This document shows positions 28,453 to 35,455 of a stretch of 64,000 nucleotides of DNA, piece by piece; within the stretch, counting starts at the first letter, position 1, and each line of letters opens with the position of its first letter. The position numbers and the translations under genes were made by a program. This DNA is from an uncultured Candidatus Saccharibacteria bacterium (lineage in GTDB: Bacteria > Patescibacteriota > Minisyncoccia > UBA6257 > Colwellbacteraceae): assembly GCA_964643135.1 (NCBI GenBank), contig CAZXPC010000002.1:9049-73048 (forward strand), in the 5' to 3' direction. The notes beneath the pieces were generated by a model. The model was given only the letters and a program-made list of their open reading frames with translations, did no database searches and had not been told where the DNA came from.

Positions 28453-29079
28453 TTGTCGAGGCGCTCTGGAAACCTACCTTTCAAGGGCGCAAAACGAGAA
28501 AACAAAGCAGCGAAATTAGTAGAATCGCTAGTTTTGGATTATCATGATTACATGACACCAGAAATAAAAATTTGGCGAACAATAAAAATTGGTACTTTTG
28601 AGAATAAGAACTCGCTCCTCAGTGGACTTCTAAAAAGAAGTGTCTTGATCGAAAATCAGGCGAAAGAATTAATTGATCAAATTGACTTAGCTTCTACTAC
28701 CATTGAATTAGACCTTGTCGTAAAATCTGCTTCTGAGTTAGGTTTAACGAGTGGTCAAGAAGTCGAATACAGATGGGTTTACGATAAAGCAAAGTCAATC
28801 GGTCTTGAAGTGTGTCCTGGAGAAGTTGGACCTCAGCTCTGTTTGCAACAGCTACCACCGGAAGATAACCGATTTGTGAACTGGGTTCTGAGGATAGCCA
28901 TGAATGTTACGCCAGGAGGGAATATTTTCACTTTCATGGATGGAAGGTATTTATACTACAATTCTGCGGGATTAATACTTGGTATAGATAGCAATGATAT
29001 GATGCCCGGATCGGGATCAGGTGCTCTGGAGCCAGTGAAGCCAGAAACCAAATTTGTTTTTGTTAAACCAAGGAAATAA
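28453..29079 (+). CDS. hypothetical protein
   Basis: 208 aa, no motif recognised. Confidence 0.5.
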   Translation: MSRRSGNLPFKGAKRENKAAKLVESLVLDYHDYMTPEIKIWRTIKIGTFENKNSLLSGLLKRSVLIENQAKELIDQIDLASTTIELDLVVKSASELGLTSGQEVEYRWVYDKAKSIGLEVCPGEVGPQLCLQQLPPEDNRFVNWVLRIAMNVTPGGNIFTFMDGRYLYYNSAGLILGIDSNDMMPGSGSGALEPVKPETKFVFVKPRK

Positions 29080-29083
29080 GTAA

Positions 29084-29377
29084 TCGAATCATCCGACTAT
29101 CGGATTCAATGGCGATCAGGCATGGGTTAGGAAACGCTTCACCATCGCTCATGAAATCGGCCATCTTCTGATGGGTCATACCTGTAATGGTATTGATGGG
29201 GAAGATAACGGTGAGACCGAAGCGGATTCTTTTGCTGCGGAACTTTTAATTCCACTCGAAGCTGTGAAGGCTGATTTTGCGCGCCAACCCGATTTAGAAA
29301 AGCTTGCAGAAAAATATATCGTGAGCAAAGACGCTCTCTGCATCCATCTCATGAACTGCAGGGTTCTGAAGTATTGA
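29084..29377 (+). pseudogene. 5'-truncated ImmA/IrrE-family zinc metallopeptidase gene
   Basis: In-frame ...KRFTIAHEIGHLLMGH (HEXXH) with no in-frame start upstream; only the C-terminal ~95 aa remain. Confidence 0.6.
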
Positions 29378-29391
29378 GATAAATTCTTATT

Positions 29392-30456
29392 CTACAGCTT
29401 CATATACCTCGTGCCTCTCCCTCTCCCGATTCTCTTAACCTTACCGATCTCAACCAACCGCTCGAGTGATTTACGAACGGATGGCATGATAATGCCAGTC
29501 GCTTTGACGATTTCGCCAGGGGCCGCTTCTTTAACTTTAGAAAGATATTCCAAAACCTCGTTCTGCTTTGGCGACATAGTGTCTTCATGGGTTTCTTTCT
29601 CCACGAGCGCGATCGCTTTCGTCGCCTGTTCTTTAACGACTGAAAGGAAATAGTTTAGCCACGGAGCAATGGTTTGATCCTTCGTCTTAAAAGTTGCCTG
29701 TGATGAACGAAGGGCGAGATAGTATTGATCCTTGCGCTGTTCGATAATCTGTTCGTGTGAAACATATTGAGCGAACGAGTAGCCAGAGCGAAGTAAAAGC
29801 AAATTTGTTAAGATGCGCGAAAGACGCCCGTTGCCATCTTCGAACGGATGGATTTTAAGAAACTCGATAATGAAGTTGGCGATTATGAGCAACGGATGGA
29901 AACGTTCTTTGGCGAAGGCCTCTTGTGTCCACTCAACGAGCTCAGTCATTTCTTTCGGCGTGAGATAGGCTGGAGTTGTTTCGAACATTATTTTCGCTAC
30001 CTTGCCGTCCGGGCCAAGAACCCCAACCATATTTTCTTTGTGTTTGTATTCGCCGCGATGTAGATCGTCTTTGCTTGAATATTTCAAAAGTTCCTTATGG
30101 AGCGAAGTGATGACGCTCTCACGCAATGGCAGATCTTTATAGCTGTCGAAAACATTTTTAAGAGTTTCGAGGTATCCTTGCACTTCCTGCGAATCGCGAT
30201 CAGCAAATTTCTGAATCGAGAGTCCCTGCATAATCTTTTTAACTTCCTCATCAGAGAGCTTAGAGCCTTCGATACGAGTTGAAGCACCGGCTGAGGTAAC
30301 GAGCACTGATTTTCGTAAGCTAGTTATCGCTTGCGGTGTCATTCGCAGGCCCACACGAAAGACGCCCCTAATTTCATCTATCGCTGCCAAAAAAGCTACG
30401 ATATGAGGGTCGGGATTCTTAATTCTATAATCAAATTTTCGGCTGTTGTTTTCCAT
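29392..30456 (-). CDS. Fic-family protein (AMPylase/Doc-like) with C-terminal winged-helix
   Basis: HPFEDGNGRLSR Fic motif. Confidence 0.85.
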   Translation of the reverse strand: MENNSRKFDYRIKNPDPHIVAFLAAIDEIRGVFRVGLRMTPQAITSLRKSVLVTSAGASTRIEGSKLSDEEVKKIMQGLSIQKFADRDSQEVQGYLETLKNVFDSYKDLPLRESVITSLHKELLKYSSKDDLHRGEYKHKENMVGVLGPDGKVAKIMFETTPAYLTPKEMTELVEWTQEAFAKERFHPLLIIANFIIEFLKIHPFEDGNGRLSRILTNLLLLRSGYSFAQYVSHEQIIEQRKDQYYLALRSSQATFKTKDQTIAPWLNYFLSVVKEQATKAIALVEKETHEDTMSPKQNEVLEYLSKVKEAAPGEIVKATGIIMPSVRKSLERLVEIGKVKRIGRGRGTRYMKL

Positions 30457-30957
30457 ATTTGCTGATATTTATTACGTTATCGGATTTTATCAGTTTTTAT
30501 CAGATAAGGCAAATCCCAAAAGTTCGGGCTGATAAAGTTGTGTAAATTGGATTTTGGTTAGTAAATATGAGGGTTTTCTAGAAAATAGCCATTTCCACAT
30601 GGCCCAAAATTTTGGGTTTGTTTGGGTTTTTGGATGGACATGAGACGCCCTAAAAAACCTAGAAAAGTGTCTCATTTGTATCATTTTGATCCAAACCGAA
30701 CACGAAAGACAGGTCTTAATGTGTGTTCGGTTTGTTCTGTTCGGAGGGTGACCGAGGTGCTTCGTCCGCTGGAAAGCCCTCTCAAAATCTCCTATACTTC
30801 TTGAATAGCCCAGCGACCGAGGTCCTTCAATCAGAAGGTGAAATCGACCCTCAAAAACGTTGTCTGGGCCTCAACTATAAAGGTTGGAGACCGTGGAAGG
30901 GCACAAATTGAGGCGATCCATAAAATGGATCGAGTCAATTTGTGCTATGAGGAATTA

Positions 30958-31074
30958 ACGGGAAAGGGGTCGGGAAAACGGAAGTTTTCCCGTGGCGGAA
31001 AAGCGCCGATAGGCGTGAGCTAAAACCGCTGGGTTTTAGGGAGGAGCGGAGCGACGACGTTCAATTCCTCATGA
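30958..31074 (+). repeat. tRNA-linked conserved motif plus 16-bp copy of tRNA-Arg 3' end (att-like)
   Basis: ACGGGAAAGGGGTCGGGAAAACGGAAGTTTTCCCGTGGCGGA ... AACCGCTGGGTT ... GTTCAATTCCTCATGA; paralogous to 48738-48847 and rc of 55490-55613. Confidence 0.6.
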
Positions 31075-31130
31075 TCCCTGCAGGGGATTTACTTGTACGT
31101 AGTTCCTACCCAGAGTATTATTTAGAGCAC

Positions 31131-31517
31131 ATGAAATTTTATATTCCTAAAAATAATCGACAGATGACTGCTCTAGCGAGGCAGATCGGCTATATTCTTC
31201 AAAAATCTACCGATAGGAGCGAGACCGCCTTTATCCGCCCATTAATGGGCGGGGAATTTCCGAGGTTTCATTTATATGTTGCCGAGGAAGGAGAAAATTT
31301 TATTCTTAACTTGCACCTGGACCAAAAACAGTCTAAATATGCCGGTTCGGCTGCTCACGGCGGGGAATATGACGGCGAGCTGGTGGAACAGGAAGCGGCA
31401 AGGATAAATAATTCACTGATTCGCGCGGAATCGGCCAGAACGGTTTCGTCGCCAGAGAAGACCAAAAAAGAAAACAGCAGCCTGGCTGCTATTTTCAAGA
31501 AGATGTTTGGTAACTAA
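31131..31517 (+). CDS. hypothetical protein
   Basis: Track ORF starts at 31071 inside the att-like copy; M at 31131 chosen. No motif recognised. Confidence 0.45.
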   Translation: MKFYIPKNNRQMTALARQIGYILQKSTDRSETAFIRPLMGGEFPRFHLYVAEEGENFILNLHLDQKQSKYAGSAAHGGEYDGELVEQEAARINNSLIRAESARTVSSPEKTKKENSSLAAIFKKMFGN

Positions 31518-31529
31518 TTCGCGGGCGGT

Positions 31530-31691
31530 TTACTTTTGCGTGGGCTTACCGGACCGCATTGATTGGCGGGGCGCCGGCCGTCGGCAATTGACGCAGATTT
31601 TTTCGAAGACCTGGCTTTTGCCGCCTAAGGTTTTAGGGGGTTTGGGATAGGCGACTTTGCAATTGGGGCAGAAGTTATCGCGGTGGGTCAT
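31530..31691 (-). CDS. 53-aa zinc-ribbon protein (CPNC...CVNC), hypothetical
   Basis: MTHRDNFCPNCKVAYPK...KICVNCRRPAP...; below track cutoff. Shares its upstream leader with the 45168-45599 gene. Confidence 0.4.
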   Translation of the reverse strand: MTHRDNFCPNCKVAYPKPPKTLGGKSQVFEKICVNCRRPAPRQSMRSGKPTQK

Positions 31692-31738
31692 AAGCCCACT
31701 ATATCACAAATATCGCTAAATTTGAAAAGCAAATTAGC

Positions 31739-31926
31739 CCGAAGTTCGAGGCGCTAGACGCAGGAATATAGAATATTCCGAGGAGGAGCAACAAAGAAAT
31801 TCGAGATGAATCTGCTTTCGTGCGGGAGAATTTTAGTCATCTTCGGCGTTAATCGTCGCTCATGTGTCGTTTCACTTACACACTTCGCTCCTCAAGCCTT
31901 GAATCTGATCCAAAATTCTCTCCGTC
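31739..31926. mobile_element. 188-bp insertion flanked by 8-bp direct repeat AAATTAGC
   Basis: Sequence contiguous at 45611-45656 is split here by 188 bp with AAATTAGC at 31731-31738 and 31927-31934. The insert contains palindrome GGAATATAGAATATTCC and a possible 45-aa ORF. Confidence 0.45.
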
Positions 31927-31967
31927 AAATTAGCGAGTATTTGTGAAATAGTGGGCTAGTTTTAGCG

Positions 31968-32390
31968 TTACCAAGCTCCGATGATTGCGCCGGCCACAGC
32001 GAAGCTCACCAAATGGAAGCAGGTATTAATTAAGTAATAGGTGACAGTCTGCTTTTCGAAGAGAATGCCGTTTAGCTGGGTGGTAGCGATAAAACCGAAC
32101 CAAACTAAAATTCCGGTAAGCATGCCTTGGTAGGCGCCGACATCGCCGGCCCAGTAGATCATGATTGCAAGGACGTAGAACATAACGACCGAAGCGATGA
32201 AATTGGGTGCGAACATCAGGAACATGGCTTGGCCGTTGGGCTTGGGTAGACTCATATCCATTTTCGATTCTTTCCGCCAGAGCTTGCCGAAAAGCATATC
32301 TGAGTACCAGAGGAAGCCGATACCCATCACGACCACGGCCGCGATCAAAATCGCCAAATAGTTGATATTGAGACTCAAAAGGTTTGTCAT
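31968..32390 (-). CDS. hypothetical membrane protein
   Basis: 140 aa, four TM helices. Confidence 0.55.
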   Translation of the reverse strand: MTNLLSLNINYLAILIAAVVVMGIGFLWYSDMLFGKLWRKESKMDMSLPKPNGQAMFLMFAPNFIASVVMFYVLAIMIYWAGDVGAYQGMLTGILVWFGFIATTQLNGILFEKQTVTYYLINTCFHLVSFAVAGAIIGAW

Positions 32391-32427
32391 AAATTGATTA
32401 TTGTTTAATAAACTTAATTATACCAAA

Positions 32428-33009
32428 TTAAAGATTGTTGGCGGCGAAATCGAAGTTAGCCGGTACGGGCGCGGCGGCGCCAGACTCGAGGACAATGCTT
32501 TCATGGTTAGCCAAGGTAATGGTCCTCGGGTCGCCGGTAAAGAGCTTGCCGTCAACATAAGCGGTGACCGGGCCGGTTGCGTCCAAGACGCTCGTCGCTG
32601 TTAAAGTCTTGCCCCAAACGTCGAAGAATTGGCCGAGCGTGAAGATTTGGTTTCCCGGAGCTTCAATGTGGATGACGCCGGTTGTGTCATGGGTGTGAAG
32701 CCACATAAAACAAGTTCCGCTTTGCACAAAGTTACCGTTCAAAACCCATGGCCGGCCGATACCGATGCCGTGCGGAACGGTTTGATCGATCCCGTTCACT
32801 AAAATAGTCAGATGAGAGTGGATGTGATAGACGAGCATTTCATTGCTGTCGCAGGGGATGCCGCTCACGGTCTGGCCCAGGCTGATGTATTGCGATGATT
32901 TGTCTTGCGTTGCGGTTTTGTAAACCGCGCTATTACTCCACCAGAAAAGCCCTCCTAACGCTACGACAACGCCGCCGGCAATAACCCAATTTTTTATTTG
33001 TGGTGTCAT
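32428..33009 (-). CDS. membrane-anchored His-rich hypothetical protein (possible metal-binding)
   Basis: N-terminal TM, motifs YHIHSH and WLHTHD. Confidence 0.5.
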   Translation of the reverse strand: MTPQIKNWVIAGGVVVALGGLFWWSNSAVYKTATQDKSSQYISLGQTVSGIPCDSNEMLVYHIHSHLTILVNGIDQTVPHGIGIGRPWVLNGNFVQSGTCFMWLHTHDTTGVIHIEAPGNQIFTLGQFFDVWGKTLTATSVLDATGPVTAYVDGKLFTGDPRTITLANHESIVLESGAAAPVPANFDFAANNL

Positions 33010-33231
33010 GGAAATCAGTATACAGCTACCCGACGCTCATGCCAAGAGATGGATTATTTACCGCCGCGGTGTTTAAAATATTCCACTTGGCGGAGGCGCT
33101 TGGCCGCTTCGGCGCGGGTTTTGTATGGGCCGCCTAAATTCTTTTTAGTTTTTTCGGAGAGTACATGGTACCCGTCCTTTCTTTTCACGATCATATTAAC
33201 TCAGACGATAGAATTCAATTTTAGTTTCAAG

Positions 33232-34068
33232 CTATTTTTTGATGAGCGTGCTGCCGATCAGAATATTGTTAGCCCAATAGTTTCCCGTGTTGCCGAACGG
33301 TAATATGTCGTAGGTATGGCCATGGTAATAGGTTATTCTATCGGCGCTCAAGATTCTGGAGCCATCCAAAAGATCGCCTTTCACGAGGTTGCCTATAAAT
33401 CGGCCGTCGCTCGTGGGGTGGCCTTCTGAAGCCAAGAGTTCCCGGCCGTCAGCTAATTTCACATCGACAACTTGGTGGGTTAGGGGAACAGGCGTTTTAG
33501 CAATGGCAATGATTGGTGCGGAAATTCTCTTGCCGAAAACATCGGTTGTCCAGACAAGGTCGCCCGGCTTAAGGCTCTCGATAGGATTTTCTCCAGATGG
33601 AGTTGCGATCAAAGTTCCTTGGGCCAGGCAAATCGGGCAAGGGCGGTTGAAGTCTTTAGTCTCTCTAAACGTGGCGCTGCTGCCGTTGATGCTCCGTAGG
33701 GTCAGCGTGATTGTACATCCGTTGGAAACGCTTTCGCCGATATGAAGGGTAATGGGCGAGCCTTCGCTAACCGCCAGAGGGTATTCGCGGTAAGCCAGGC
33801 CAGTTACGTAGGTCGGATAAATTTTCTGAACCAAGAGCGGCCCCTCGCGTTCGCCCTCTCTTAACGTGATCTCGCCTCCGCTCGAAGGAGGCGTTGGCGG
33901 GATGGGCGCGGGAGTCGGGTTGGGTGAAGGAGTTGGGATAGGCGCGGGGGAAGGAGGTACCAGGGAAGAATGGTTCATAATTAAGAAAATACTGAGAACT
34001 GCCCCCAAAGCCAAAATGCCGATAGCGAAAACAATCTCTGCCGAACCTCTGCGATTTTTTAAGTTCAT
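33232..34068 (-). CDS. secreted protein with Pro-rich linker and Hint (Hedgehog/intein-like, BIL-type) domain
   Basis: CLAQGTLIATPSG...LKPGDLVWT...HQVVDVKLADGRELLASEGHP...DLLDG, consistent with Hint blocks A/B. Confidence 0.6.
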   Translation of the reverse strand: MNLKNRRGSAEIVFAIGILALGAVLSIFLIMNHSSLVPPSPAPIPTPSPNPTPAPIPPTPPSSGGEITLREGEREGPLLVQKIYPTYVTGLAYREYPLAVSEGSPITLHIGESVSNGCTITLTLRSINGSSATFRETKDFNRPCPICLAQGTLIATPSGENPIESLKPGDLVWTTDVFGKRISAPIIAIAKTPVPLTHQVVDVKLADGRELLASEGHPTSDGRFIGNLVKGDLLDGSRILSADRITYYHGHTYDILPFGNTGNYWANNILIGSTLIKK

Positions 34069-34151
34069 ATGATTATTCTAACAAATGAGACGTTCGACAC
34101 TGGTTATACTTGCCGATATCATAATATTCGCCTAAACTTTGTTTACACGTT

Positions 34152-34238
34152 GGAAGCGTGGCTGAGCGGTTTAAAGCAGCATCCTGCTAAGATGTTGTCC
34201 GGGAAACCGGACCGGAGGTTCGAATCCTCCCGCTTCCG
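34152..34238 (+). tRNA. tRNA-Ser (anticodon GCT)
   Basis: GGAAGCG/CGCTTCC acceptor, anticodon loop CTGCTAA, long variable arm TGTCCGGGAAACCGGACC, T-arm GGAGG-TTCGAAT-CCTCC. Confidence 0.9.
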
Positions 34239-34241
34239 CTA

Positions 34242-34280
34242 ATACAAATTTGGCGCCCATTTGGGCGCTTAATTTGTATA
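34242..34280 (+). terminator. long hairpin after tRNA-Ser
   Basis: ATACAAATTTGGCGCCCA-tt-TGGGCGCTTAATTTGTAT. Confidence 0.5.
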
Positions 34281-34351
34281 TCGCGAGGCCAGGATTCGAA
34301 AGCCCGCAGGCAAAATTTCAGCAGATAATTTTGCCGAGGGGCGGTCTGCGA

Positions 34352-34464
34352 GAAATTTCCTGCAGGAAATTTACTTGTAGGCGAATCCTCCCGCTTGAGA
34401 CCGCTGGTTCTGAAAAGCGAGTGTAACGAGCGCGTTCGAATAGCGAAGCGCCTCCCGCTTCCGC
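34352..34464 (+). repeat. att-like unit at tRNA-Ser: shared CCTGCAGGAAATTTACTTGTA box, ACCGCTGG / AGCGAAGCG boxes and two partial copies of the tRNA-Ser 3' end
   Basis: CGAATCCTCCCGCTT (34382-34396) and CCTCCCGCTTCCGC (34451-34464) copy the tRNA-Ser 3' end. CCTGCAGG..ATTTACTTGTA also occurs at 31075-31097. Confidence 0.5.
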
Positions 34465-34508
34465 AAAAAAAAATTAGCCAGAGTTAGATTCGCGCGAGAT
34501 GTGCGTAT

Positions 34509-35228
34509 CTACCTGCTGGCTGCGATCGGCTTGGGCCTGCCTTCGTTGGCCTTCAGGACCGAATGGAACTTCTCGACGTCCCCCGGGACGCTGTCCAGGA
34601 GGAAGCGCTTGAGGTCCTTGTAGGTCTCTTGGTTGGGATCGCCGCGGAGGATCAGCTGAACCCACTCGCCGATGTGATAGTCGGGCAGAGTGGGCGATCC
34701 TTCGAGGAAAGCCGCCGCGAGCCGGACCTGCTGGTCTTGCGTCATCGAGTCGACGACGAAGGGTTTGAAGCGGGTCAGGAACTTGGCGTTCTCGTGTGCG
34801 ATCTCGTCGGGGACGCCGTAGGCGGCCGCAAGAGCGATGAGGCAGATCTTCCGCCGCTGCCACACTGCCTCCGTCTCTTCCGGCGGCCGTTCGCCGTCGT
34901 CGAACTCGTCGCCGGCTGCCATGAGCGCAGAGATCTGCTTCTCGTGGTCGGCGACCATCGTTGCGACGAGAACGTCGATCGGGTTCTTGCGGTATTGCTT
35001 CGGCCTGGTCGCCTCCATCTCAACGAGGCCTTGTACCCTTAGGTCGTCCAAGACCGAGTAGATCTTGGTCCGAGGGACCCTGCTCTCGTTGGCGATGTCA
35101 CGCGCTTCCATCGGTACGGTGGTGCTGAGCACCAAGTAGACTCTTGCCCTGTATTCCGTGAGACCCAGGGCTCTGAGCTTCTCGACCTTCTCCCAAAACT
35201 TGTCAATCGGTATCATTTCGACCCACAT
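34509..35228 (-). CDS. TrmB-family transcriptional regulator (GC-rich, probably acquired)
   Basis: N-terminal wHTH LGLTEYRARVYLVL...ARDIANESRVPRTKIYSVLDDLRVQGLVE; ~60% GC. Confidence 0.6.
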   Translation of the reverse strand: MWVEMIPIDKFWEKVEKLRALGLTEYRARVYLVLSTTVPMEARDIANESRVPRTKIYSVLDDLRVQGLVEMEATRPKQYRKNPIDVLVATMVADHEKQISALMAAGDEFDDGERPPEETEAVWQRRKICLIALAAAYGVPDEIAHENAKFLTRFKPFVVDSMTQDQQVRLAAAFLEGSPTLPDYHIGEWVQLILRGDPNQETYKDLKRFLLDSVPGDVEKFHSVLKANEGRPKPIAASR

Positions 35229-35349
35229 CGTGAGCTTGGAACGGTTCCCACTGTCCTCAGGCTCGATATTAAGTTACTGCCGGCATATATATATATTGTC
35301 AATTATTGAAATTTAGGCCGTCTGGTTTGATATAATCTAAATAGCAAAT

Positions 35350-35448
35350 ATGGAAAAGAAATCAGCTTGGAAAACTTGCAGCCGCGGACACAAATATAGG
35401 GGAACGGGTCCGTGCCCAATATGCTGGCCGGGAAGGACAAAGAAGTAA
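35350..35448 (+). CDS. 32-aa Cys/His-rich micro-ORF (zinc-ribbon-like), hypothetical
   Basis: [32 protein letters not shown], preceded by TATAAT 14 nt upstream. Confidence 0.25.
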   Translation: MEKKSAWKTCSRGHKYRGTGPCPICWPGRTKK

Positions 35449-35455
35449 TTTTAGA

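Larger units (their letters stand above)
28415..31074 (+). mobile_element. decayed integrative-element remnant at the tRNA-Arg 3' end (Fic gene, ImmA fragment, no integrase)
   Basis: Bounded by tRNA-Arg and a 16-bp direct copy of its 3' end (31059-31074) that is preceded by the conserved tRNA-linked motif. Cargo is typical of mobile DNA. Confidence 0.5.

Noticed and set aside
34474-35061. Four overlapping ORFs (34474-34863 -, 34563-35042 +, 34775-35023 -, 34837-35061 +) across the TrmB-like gene
   Set aside because: High GC suppresses stop codons in all frames. Only the 34509-35228 minus frame has an HTH regulator signature.
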